Source: Stramenopiles sp. TOSAG23-2 (lineage: Eukaryota). Taken from it: a stretch of DNA of 37,298 bases. Both the position numbers and the translations under genes were made by a program. Below the pieces are notes generated by a model. The model did not search any database, was not told the origin of the DNA, and saw nothing but the letters and a program-made list of their open reading frames with translations. The stretch lies in assembly GCA_900128395.1 (NCBI GenBank), contig LT649329.1:1-37298 (forward strand), written 5' to 3'. Shown here one piece after another: positions 10,492-19,826 of this stretch. Every line of letters begins with the position of its first letter. Positions within the stretch are counted from its first letter, which is position 1.

Positions 10492-11230
10492 TTATTCCCT
10501 TCCTCCAAGCCCATTGACCTTTTTTAGAAGCTCACTTGTCAACTTTTCTTGTACCGCTTTCTCTTTGTTTAATTGCTTAATTTGTGCTTTTAATTCATCA
10601 ATTTCTGTTAGTTTATTGTTGGTAAATTGAATTTGGTAATTATAATTTTCATCCAAATCTTCAACTTTTTCATCCAAGTCTGCAACTTTGTCTTGAAATT
10701 CTGTTTTAACTTTTTTAAATTTTTGATTATTTGCAGATGTCAACGATAACCAGCTTGTGCCATTATTGTTTTCACTTGTGGCTTTTCTTTTTAATGAGAT
10801 TGTTTCATCTTTTTCAGTGTCGACGTTTCTTACAATGGTAATTTCATTGTTTGCAGCTGTCTTTAATTTTTTATTTTCTAATATCACTTTTTTCATTTGT
10901 TCTTTTAATTGTTTCTTTTGCACCATTTTCATAAAGCCATTTCATGGTATCTAAATGATTCCAACGACATGCTATCCACATTGGTGTTTGTCCATATTTA
11001 CCAGCTTTTGTAACATCATCTTTTGCACCATTCTTATAAAGCCATTTCATGGTATCTAAATGATTATAACGACATGCTATCCGCATTGGTGTTTGTCCAT
11101 ATTTACCAGCTTTTGTAACATCATCTTTTGCACCATTATTATATAATTTTTTTACCTCTGCTAAATCACCTTTATGACATGCATAAAAAAGAGGTGTCCG
11201 CTCATATTTATCAGCCATTTCAATATTCAC
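10492..11230 (-). pseudogene. Ankyrin-repeat plus coiled-coil gene split by a frameshift (pseudogene or assembly collapse)
   Basis: ORF 10871-11230 has 3 ankyrin repeats (RTPLFYAC..GD, GQTPMRIAC..NHLD, GQTPMWIAC..NHLD). Overlapping ORF 10492-10932 is a coiled coil in another frame. The ankyrin pattern breaks at ~10912 (GAK-E-TI instead of GAK-DDV), where the second frame becomes protein-like. Confidence 0.65.
10914..11137. repeat. 105-bp tandem duplication (about 2.1 copies) encoding 35-aa ankyrin units
   Basis: tcttttgcaccatt recurs at 10914, 11019 and 11124. The intervening units are nearly identical. Confidence 0.92.
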
Positions 11231-11946
11231 TTCTCACCCTTATCAAATCACAACTATATATATAATATATATATAATGGTTTATATATATATATTTGTCT
11301 CATATACATCCATATTATACATTACAATCTACATCCGTACACATCTATCAAATGAATAATTATTATTAAATTTTCTTCTTTTTTTCGTCGTCATTACGTG
11401 CTCACCTAAAATCCAAAAATTGCTACTATACGTATAATACCTGGTACGGCTGCTGAAAGGAAAGTGTTTTTTTTAATAAAAAGCATTACACAGCATTGCA
11501 ATTTTTTTGGATTAGACGCATGATGTATTAAAAATATATACTGTAAAATAATTATAGTTTACCAATATACAACATAATTTATTATTATTATTTTTTATTA
11601 ATTTACTCTCATAATAATTCTCCTACTCTTCAAAAGAATACAATAATATTTGGAATAATCTATCTCACACTCTATGAATAAATTCTACCGGGGTACAACT
11701 CATCATACGACTTGCCAAATGCACCATTTTAAAGCAAAACGATATATTATTGCAAAGCGCAAGTTTTAATAATCGCAGTTTGTATATCTCTACACGTAGT
11801 AGAAATCCATTTTGGAAGCTGCAAGCTCTCTCTCTAACGTATATTTCGTATAATACACCCCCTCTCTGCACATTATTCATCATAGAAAGAAAGACGAGAT
11901 CACGGTGCACAAGTGCGTGACACAAAACAAATCCTTGATCGCAATG

Positions 11947-12816
11947 TTATTCTTCAATAACCATCGATAAATCACCGTCCATGGTACTACTCCCTTCTGT
12001 TTGCTTTTCTTGTTGTTGATTATTTAAAATTTGCATATGATTTTCAAGTAATTTTGTTTTAAATAATTGAAATGTAGCTTGGCAATTATTTTTTGCAGTG
12101 TTTAACATAGATTCAAAAATTCGCATATCAACACGATTTGCCATGCGTACAAAACATATTTTATTATTCAAATTTGGCAAAATAGCAACTTCTATCTGTG
12201 GATATCCACTATTGACTTCCGTATGATTTAAATCTACTAAATTAAATGGAGAAGTTGATGAATACATGTTGTTATTTTTTGATGTTGCTGATGCAGTACT
12301 CGTATAATTCGCATTTTGTTGTGGCAAATCATTAATATTTGCAATATTGCAACATGTAGTGCCTATGACAAAATCTAAACATGGTATACCAGCATGTATC
12401 AATGCTAATGACACAGCATTTATACTACAGCATAATGCACTGCCGTCTGATTGTAATATATTTACAAAGATATTGACTTCAGAGGAAGGCAATAAATTTG
12501 TTAAAATAACACCTTCAAATATATTTTTAATGGTATTTGCTTCACTAATACTATTTTTATCGCGTTTACTACTACGCCTATATCCCAGTGCTGCAAATGG
12601 CGATGTAGTATATTCACATTTAATGATACATTTCTTCTTGTTTACATTACGTTTTGTTGATACTTTTGGACCTATAATCGATACAATAATTTTATTATTA
12701 CCTTGCTCATAATATACACTCCCATCCGAATTTTTAATATTATTAATTTTAAATTTTATTTTCCGAAATTCATTATATTTCCTTCCATCATTTCGTAAAT
12801 TAGCATATGATAACAT
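11947..12816 (-). CDS. RRP41: Exosome complex RNase PH-like subunit Rrp41 (EXOSC4/Ski6)
   Basis: LRNDGRKYNEFR...DGSVYYEQGNNKIIVSIIGP, CEYTTSPFA, ILQSDGS...SINAVSLALIHAGIP, VDLNHTE. DGSALC replaces the DGGTR-type phosphate-binding motif, which suggests a non-catalytic subunit. Confidence 0.9.
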   Translation of the reverse strand: MLSYANLRNDGRKYNEFRKIKFKINNIKNSDGSVYYEQGNNKIIVSIIGPKVSTKRNVNKKKCIIKCEYTTSPFAALGYRRSSKRDKNSISEANTIKNIFEGVILTNLLPSSEVNIFVNILQSDGSALCCSINAVSLALIHAGIPCLDFVIGTTCCNIANINDLPQQNANYTSTASATSKNNNMYSSTSPFNLVDLNHTEVNSGYPQIEVAILPNLNNKICFVRMANRVDMRIFESMLNTAKNNCQATFQLFKTKLLENHMQILNNQQQEKQTEGSSTMDGDLSMVIEE

Positions 12817-13586
12817 TCTGTTATATTATTATTATTATTATTGAATTAAAAGTATATTAACAATGATGAAAAAATGATTGCGATTGATATTTGATGCGAT
12901 GTAATACGATAAAATGTTCTTTTATCTATGTTTATATCTTATCCTTTTGACAATTGTATATAGTAGAGTATAATTATTATTATATTTTGTGGATATGTTG
13001 ATTATTTATTATTTAAGGATCATCAATTATTTACCTCCTGATTACCCCGCTGCATCATCACATTTACATTAGTGCACTAGTCTAATAACTAATAACATCA
13101 TCACAGCACATCGCTAGAATTAGGCAACAACAAAATAAAAAAAAGAAACGCAACTACAGGAATTTATCATTGGTATAAATATTATACAACAACATAGCAT
13201 TAACATAGAACCACAGAGTTTTTTTTTATAGATTCTTTTGATAGGGAAAATTCTTCTATTTTGAAGTATACTTTCCAAATTTATTACGCGTGACGTCTTC
13301 ACTAATAGCTATTAATATATCATAATCGTTTTATAAAAATTCAATAGTGTGCTTTGTTAATTGTAATTCCTCCTCAAAATAATTTAAAAGAAGGGGGGGG
13401 GGAGAAGCGAACGAACTACCAAATTTAATACTATTTAATATAGAAATAGAACCACGATATATAAACATATATATATATATATATAAAGAATATACATCTA
13501 TATATAAAAAAGTCATTTATCTATAGTTTACTTTTATTCTATATTAATTGTAAAGATATAATATACTTTAAAAGAAAAGAGAAAAG

Positions 13587-14681
13587 ATGAAATATATTAT
13601 CTTTCTAGTTCTTGCAATATGTACGTATTCGTCATATGCTCAAAATGTGACGAATATGAATGTGACGAATATGAATATTACTGACGCAAACATTACTAGT
13701 GTATTTGGAAAAGGCAAAGCGGGAAAGAAAAAGAACGCAACTATTAGTCCATTATCAGAAAAATTTTGCACAAGTAAAGAGGTTGATCCAAAGAAAAAAG
13801 ATTTGTGCTATTCAGCACAATTTGTCATGGTTGAAAGCGAGAAATACTTTACGAAGTTAAAGGAATTAGAACAACCACAAAAAATATATACTGATTTAAG
13901 AGAAGAAACTGTACAAGCCTTGCAGCGTGCAACTGCACAAATCAGAATAGTTAAAGAACGTTTAATTGAGTTTGATAGCCCTATCAATATCGGGCGTTCT
14001 TTCCGTGCAATCAAAGAAGGCATCAACCGTGCCATTACCAATATCTCCGATGCAACGACTATCCGTGAAACCATGGTAGCGCTGAACGGTCCACGTGATT
14101 TATGGGTCCAAAATGTGAAAGATGCTAGGGATGAACATGAAAAATATTGGAAGTATTTGGAACTATTTAGATATCATAATAAAGTAGAATTAGAAGCAGC
14201 AAAGAAAAAAGTTGCGCATCTTGAAAACATTACAATAGCAAAAGCGCAAGAATTGAAAGGACAATTGGATCATGCAGAACGCATGGCATTGAAGAATAAA
14301 GATTTTGTATCAAACCCAGACGTTGATGACGAGGCTGGTGCATTAGCATTACAATCAATGCGTAGATCTACCTCCAATGCAGCTGCAACAAAACGTTATT
14401 TATTAGCAATTGAAGCAGAATTAAAATTAGCAAGATTGACATTAGACAAAATTAAAATGAGAACGCCGGGTGGTGGATTACCAGTATTTCCAGATATTAA
14501 ACCTACCAAAAACTATGGCGCTGAGGATATTGATGCAATTAAAGATGCACAAATACGTTTAGATGAGAAAGCAAATAAAGAATTTCATCAATTGAAAGCC
14601 ACCTCCGGTGGCGAGTTTGATGTAATAGCTTCCCTTCCTGGTGCACCAAAAAAACCACAACCGCCACCACAAACATTGTAA
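13587..14681 (+). CDS. Secreted coiled-coil glycoprotein of unknown function
   Basis: Signal peptide MKYIIFLVLAICTYSSYA-Q, clustered N-x-T sequons (NVTNMNVTNMNITDANIT), helical/heptad body and Pro-rich tail. Confidence 0.8.
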   Translation: MKYIIFLVLAICTYSSYAQNVTNMNVTNMNITDANITSVFGKGKAGKKKNATISPLSEKFCTSKEVDPKKKDLCYSAQFVMVESEKYFTKLKELEQPQKIYTDLREETVQALQRATAQIRIVKERLIEFDSPINIGRSFRAIKEGINRAITNISDATTIRETMVALNGPRDLWVQNVKDARDEHEKYWKYLELFRYHNKVELEAAKKKVAHLENITIAKAQELKGQLDHAERMALKNKDFVSNPDVDDEAGALALQSMRRSTSNAAATKRYLLAIEAELKLARLTLDKIKMRTPGGGLPVFPDIKPTKNYGAEDIDAIKDAQIRLDEKANKEFHQLKATSGGEFDVIASLPGAPKKPQPPPQTL

Positions 14682-14968
14682 AAAGTTGAACGGTGTGTGT
14701 GTAAAATGTGTGTAGTGTTAAACATTGTGTGTGCACGTGTTACTAAAATTTTTATTCATTTAAATATTCATAATATTTAATATAATATAACAAAAAGCTA
14801 GAAGATACATTTACAACAGAGTTTATACATTTTTTTTACGCATTATACCTGGTACTTCGTTTTAAATATAATACAACTCATCTCTTCGGTGTATATACCT
14901 TATTATTATATATACACACATATAACTATGATATTATGATATTCTACACACAATAAAAAAGCTCAAAC

Positions 14969-16042
14969 TTAAAATCCCAAGTGAGCAATATAATTAACAC
15001 TTAAATCTTTATCATTTTCATACCATTTTTTTAATACTGGGTTATATTGCATACCAACAATATCATGTAATTTCAACGACGTACCTTCATCTACATTGTT
15101 ATTTTTGTTAATCATTTCTTTTAATTCATTTGGTTGTATATATTTACTCCAATCATGAGTACCAGATGGTACCATTTGTAACACATCTTCCGCCATCATT
15201 ATACTTAAAAAATATGATAATGAAGTACGATTTAATGTTGATAGAAATATATGGCCATTCTTTTCTTTTAATAATTTTGTACATTCATTCAAAAATAATG
15301 ATGGGTTGTTTACATGTTCAATGATTTCTAATGCACAGATAATGTCAAATTTGTTCGTATCATCTTTTAAAAAACCATCCGCATCATATGACAATACTAA
15401 ATCTTCAACACTACTATGTACATATTTAATATTTTTTGTATTGTGATTTAATTTGGAATGTAATCTTGCAGCTTCAATTGATGGTAATGATGCATCTAAT
15501 CCAGTTACTGTGCCACCTAAACGTGCTAAAGATTCAGATAAAATACCGCCACCGCATCCAACATCTAATATTTTCAAACCAGATAATGGTAACAATCGTT
15601 GTTTTTCATTATTTGCTTTATTATTATCACAATCTTCTTGTTCTTGTTGAAATTCTTTAATTTTTCTACATACATATTTTACACGACATGGATTCATGAA
15701 ATGCAAGGGACCAACTGTATCGGTATTATTTGATTGGTTATTGTTATTATTATTAAATCCCCACCAATCGTTTGATGCATCTGAAAATTTCTTAACTTCC
15801 TCGTTGTTAACAGTGGTCGTATTGTTATCCTGATTATTATTATTTTCAACCATAGTTGGTCTGGTAACAATTGTTGACGTTGAAAAATTACATTTATTAT
15901 GTTTATTTGATTTAAATATTGTTACGTTACTTGCATTATTATTTTTCCTATTACAAATATTTCTTTTTATACTTTTCAATATGGCATCCTTGTTACCAAA
16001 TAGTTTATTTATAGATCTTAATTTAATGAACGTATTAATCAT
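14969..16042 (-). CDS. COQ3: Ubiquinone biosynthesis O-methyltransferase (COQ3/UbiG), mitochondrial
   Basis: EEVKKF...WW, GPLHFMNPCRVKY, SAM motif ILDVGCGGGILSESLARLG, FDIICALEIIEHV, STLNRT, VPSGTHDWSKYI. The K/R-rich, acid-poor N-terminus resembles a transit peptide. Confidence 0.95.
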   Translation of the reverse strand: MINTFIKLRSINKLFGNKDAILKSIKRNICNRKNNNASNVTIFKSNKHNKCNFSTSTIVTRPTMVENNNNQDNNTTTVNNEEVKKFSDASNDWWGFNNNNNNQSNNTDTVGPLHFMNPCRVKYVCRKIKEFQQEQEDCDNNKANNEKQRLLPLSGLKILDVGCGGGILSESLARLGGTVTGLDASLPSIEAARLHSKLNHNTKNIKYVHSSVEDLVLSYDADGFLKDDTNKFDIICALEIIEHVNNPSLFLNECTKLLKEKNGHIFLSTLNRTSLSYFLSIMMAEDVLQMVPSGTHDWSKYIQPNELKEMINKNNNVDEGTSLKLHDIVGMQYNPVLKKWYENDKDLSVNYIAHLGF

Positions 16043-16400
16043 CTTGTCGAAATGTTGTTTATTATTGGTTTGTTCTTGAGACCATATACTTTTCGTGATG
16101 TTCTACTATCGATAGTTCTTCTGATAATATCGATATTAATAATTATTCTTCGAATGATGAATTTAAATTGTGAATATTATTTGTTGTGTTTTGTTGTAAT
16201 ACCTGGTAATAATAATAATTATTATACAACAATATACAAAGTGAAAAAGTATTATATATCTTTTTTTTTTAAATTGAACCTAAAATTCTATTTATTATTA
16301 ATTTTTTAAACGGCAGTGTGTATTGTATTATATACGAACAACCATCGTTTGTGTTTGTTTGCCTTTCTTTCTTTCTTCTTTATTCGTTGAGGATAAAACA

Positions 16401-18239
16401 ATGTTACAACAACAACATCTTCGTTTTTTTCAAAAACAGCAACATCGTTTCATAAATTGTAATAGAAATTATCAGACAATCAATAACAATGCCATTGTAA
16501 AACGTAGTAATTTATTTTTGCCAACTCTACGTGATTTTAATCAGAAAGAAAAAACAATAGAATCGCACAAATTGCTCATTAAAAGTGGTTATATACGCCA
16601 AACGAACTTAGGAATATACAATTATTTACCTTTTGGATTACGTGTATTAAATAAAATTGAAGAGTTAATTGACATATCTATGAAAAGTATACATGGTCAA
16701 AAATTAGCAATGCCATTATTATTAAATGCTGATAATTGGAAAAAAACGGGACGTTGGGAAACGACTGGGGACGAATTGTTTCGCCTTAAAGATCGTCATG
16801 ATGTATCTCATTGTTTAAGCCCAACGCATGAAGAAGTAGTTACTGAAATTGTTGCACAAAATGTTTTCTCACATCGTGATTTACCATTATCCTTGTATCA
16901 AATTGGAAAGAAATATCGTGATGAGCGACGTCCACGTTTTGGACCAATGCGTGCGCGTGAATTCATAATGAAAGATATGTACAGTTTTGATAAGAGTGAA
17001 ACAGATGCATTTGAAACATATGAAAAGGTGCGAGAGGCATATCATAAGATTTTCAAAGCATTGGAATTGATATATGTCGAGGTAGAAGCTGATAGTGGTA
17101 ATATTGGTGGAAATTTATCTCATGAATTTCATGTGTTAAATAATATTGGTGAGGATTTATTATTAACATGTGATACTTGTAAATACAGTGCAAATGTTGA
17201 AAAAGCTACACCATATGTAATCAACAATGGTAATAATGTAAAGAAATATACATTAAGGGGGAAATGTAAGAAAAACAATGATGGCGATGAACATAGGGAT
17301 GGTGATACTGTTCATTTTATCAATATAATTATGCCAGCAACAATCGCAGGAAACGATGATGTTGTTGATCAGGAACGGTTAAATGAAACGAAAATTCTTA
17401 CCAAATGGAATGATATGTTAATAGATAAAAATATTATCATCGATAATTATTCTATTGTTAAAGATTTTGATGACGAAGTATCTACATATTTTATTGATGC
17501 ATCAGTAAATATAGATGATGATATTAATATACAAGGGAATGATAAAAATATTATTCAAGCAGATTATTTATTAGCACGTGATGGTGATCGGTATCGTGCA
17601 TGTAATGGAGAAGAAGGTATTTTAAAGGAGAAACGAGGTATTGAAGTTGGACATATATTTTATTTAGGGAAAAAATATAGTTCTATATTAAATGCTACAT
17701 TTATGGATTCCAATAATAAAACGAATACTATTGAAATGGGATGTTATGGTATTGGTATATCTAGAATATTAGCTGCTGCAATTGAAAATAATTTAGTAAC
17801 GAATGGTGAGAACGATGATATTAATAATAATAACAAGACGAAGAAGGGTAAACAGAAAAATCAACAACAACAACAACAAATAATATGGCCATCAATTATA
17901 GCACCTTATCAATGTGTTGTATTAACTGCAATGAATAATGATGTATTAATTGATTATGCAACCGAACTTTCCATGAAATTAATAGTTGCCAATAATCATT
18001 TAAAAGATGAAATTATCATTGATGATCGTTGGAGTGCAAATTTTGGTGTTAAAATGAAAGAAGCTACATTATGGGGTGCACCAATTAAAATTATATTAGG
18101 AAAAAGCTATTTGAACGAGGGTAAAGTGGAAATTGAAACATGTAAGGGTATTAAATTACATTTGAATGAAGCAGAACTTATCGATTATATGCAAGAAAAT
18201 GTAGTTTCCATAGAGGAGAAATATTTTGAGGATGTGTAA
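16401..18239 (+). CDS. PARS2: Prolyl-tRNA synthetase, bacterial/mitochondrial type
   Basis: First ATG is at 16401. SHKLLIKSGYIRQ, WKKTGRW, LSPTHEE, motif 2 YRDERRPRFGPMRAREFIMKDMYSF, GIEVGHIFYLG, motif 3 MGCYGIGISRILAA, anticodon-binding domain DDRW..FGVKM. Transit-peptide-like N-terminus. Confidence 0.95.
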   Translation: MLQQQHLRFFQKQQHRFINCNRNYQTINNNAIVKRSNLFLPTLRDFNQKEKTIESHKLLIKSGYIRQTNLGIYNYLPFGLRVLNKIEELIDISMKSIHGQKLAMPLLLNADNWKKTGRWETTGDELFRLKDRHDVSHCLSPTHEEVVTEIVAQNVFSHRDLPLSLYQIGKKYRDERRPRFGPMRAREFIMKDMYSFDKSETDAFETYEKVREAYHKIFKALELIYVEVEADSGNIGGNLSHEFHVLNNIGEDLLLTCDTCKYSANVEKATPYVINNGNNVKKYTLRGKCKKNNDGDEHRDGDTVHFINIIMPATIAGNDDVVDQERLNETKILTKWNDMLIDKNIIIDNYSIVKDFDDEVSTYFIDASVNIDDDINIQGNDKNIIQADYLLARDGDRYRACNGEEGILKEKRGIEVGHIFYLGKKYSSILNATFMDSNNKTNTIEMGCYGIGISRILAAAIENNLVTNGENDDINNNNKTKKGKQKNQQQQQQIIWPSIIAPYQCVVLTAMNNDVLIDYATELSMKLIVANNHLKDEIIIDDRWSANFGVKMKEATLWGAPIKIILGKSYLNEGKVEIETCKGIKLHLNEAELIDYMQENVVSIEEKYFEDV

Positions 18240-18563
18240 TTATATATAAGGGATTTTTGTGTGTCTCACATTTACTTTGTCGCGTACATAAAATTAAAAA
18301 ATATATTTTATCTCGTACGTTCTCGTAAAAAAAATATGTTTTGGCTTTTTGCCACCAACCGTGCACTTCAAGATCTTTATCCGGATAGTCACCGGTTGTT
18401 GTTCACAACAGGATCTTTCACTTCGACAACCTCACCGTTTTCGAATGAACCCGACGTCCAGCACGTTCAACGAGAGCGCGCGGAAGGATAGAAACCTACT
18501 CATGCTTGTAGAGTACGTATTAGTTTGCAGAAGGTGCATTAGAGCTTTACTATTTTACTATAT

Positions 18564-18759
18564 CTGGTACTTCAAAATTAAAAAATTTAGCTGGTGTTCT
18601 CGGTGCACAGATATTGTGCACCGTTTTTATGTACTTAAAAGTAGTCTGATATATAGGCCAACTGGTACTTCAAAATTAAAAAATTTAGCTGGTGTTCTCG
18701 GTGCACAGATATTGTGCACCGTTTTTATGTACTTAAAAGTAGTCTGATATATAGGCCAA
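18564..18759. repeat. Perfect 2 x 98-bp tandem repeat (left arm)
   Basis: 18564-18661 is identical to 18662-18759. Confidence 0.95.
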
Positions 18760-19512
18760 GTAAAATAATATAAAATTTTATTTATAGTGCTGCTGTGTTG
18801 ATACGAATATTTATACATAGCAAATTTCATAGTCTAAGGCCAATGATGAGCAATCATATACTACTAAATATAACCAATAGTCCTTAGTTTTATTAATAAA
18901 ATAAAAATATTCTGGAATTACATGTTTTTATTTTAGTACACGCACCGTTTTTCACCAATTTTAGCATAAGTATACCATATAGCAAACAGGGGACGTGCAT
19001 ATGTGTTTATATATATAACTTATATAATAAATATTATTATTGTTAATAATGGATTTTTTGTTATAACATTAGATTTAATTTATATACTCTGCCTTGAACA
19101 TGGTGCACCCTATAATGACATAGCATTTATACAAAGTATACGGCATATTTATACCGGATAAATTTAATAGTGATTAGTGTAAATGACCTAATTGACAAAA
19201 TATTGAAATATTTTGATTATATAGGATTTTACCTGCTGTGTGCGGTGTAAATGCCGTGTACAATATCTGTACACGTTCTCAAAATACATGTAATATTATT
19301 ATCCTTAAATATGTACTATATTATAACTTATTATATAATTACATTTAAGGTAATGTTATCGGTGCACAGATATTGTGCACCGTTTCTACATTTTGCAAAA
19401 TTTTGAAGTACCAGATATATATAACCTATTATATAATTACATTTAAGGTAATGTTATCGGTGCACAGATATTGTGCACCGTTTCTACATTTTGCAAAATT
19501 TTGAAGTACCAG
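18564..19512. mobile_element. Putative non-autonomous TIR element (MITE-like) with subterminal hairpins and duplicated ends
   Basis: 16-bp TIR CTGGTACTTCAAAATT (18564-18579) / AATTTTGAAGTACCAG (19497-19512), flanked by ATAT on both sides. Four identical CGGTGCACA-GATAT-TGTGCACCG hairpins at 18601, 18699, 19360 and 19458. No credible internal ORF. Confidence 0.6.
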
Positions 19513-19518
19513 ATATAT
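19322..19518. repeat. Near-perfect 2 x 98-bp tandem repeat (right arm)
   Basis: Hairpins at 19360 and 19458, and GTACCAG ends at 19414 and 19512, are each 98 bp apart. One mismatch (taactt vs taacct). Confidence 0.93.
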
Positions 19519-19538
19519 TATATGATAATATGTATATG

Positions 19539-19597
19539 CATATCATACGAGTATGCATACACATATGTTATCATTAATATGATACTCGTATGATATG
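19539..19597. repeat. 16-bp perfect inverted repeat
   Basis: CATATCATACGAGTAT (19539-19554) is the reverse complement of ATACTCGTATGATATG (19582-19597). Confidence 0.85.
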
Positions 19598-19826
19598 ATA
19601 TGATATATACTTCGTATATATGATACTCGTATGATTACGATGACTTCGTACCTTATTTTTTTTTATCTATATATATATATATATTTTTTTATACGAGAAA
19701 TACGAGTTCGTAAAAATATCTCAAAAGTTTTTTAAATACTATACGGCACACTCACTATGATAAAAGTGTAATATTATGATCACATTTATTAATCATTATA
19801 TGTCTTCTCTATATATCTCTCCATTT

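Noticed and set aside
10871-10932. Programmed ribosomal frameshift joining the ankyrin and coiled-coil ORFs
   Set aside because: No clear canonical slippery heptamer with a downstream structure at the junction; deletion or misassembly is simpler.
11665-11925. 86-aa minus-strand ORF downstream of RRP41
   Set aside because: Non-ATG start and no protein-like motif; probably UTR or intergenic sequence.
12817-13060. Possible upstream exon and intron for RRP41 (ACAG just before the ATG; GTAA donors near 13030-13045)
   Set aside because: The candidate donors give the wrong phase for that acceptor, and the existing ATG already yields a full-length Rrp41 N-terminus.
18261-18830. Short ORFs 18261-18491, 18349-18747 and 18627-18830 as a transposase or small genes
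   Set aside because: Non-ATG starts for the plus-strand ORFs, two of the three run through the tandem repeat, and there are no recognisable motifs. The GC-richer patch at 18350-18520 has stops in its most protein-like minus frame and is at best an unassignable relic.
18843-18920. ATGATGA as a snoRNA C box
   Set aside because: No CTGA D box or terminal stem at a suitable distance.
18564-19512. Four identical 23-bp palindromes as a CRISPR array
   Set aside because: The spacers within each pair belong to tandem duplications rather than being unique, spacing is irregular (98/661/98), the context is eukaryotic and there are no cas genes.
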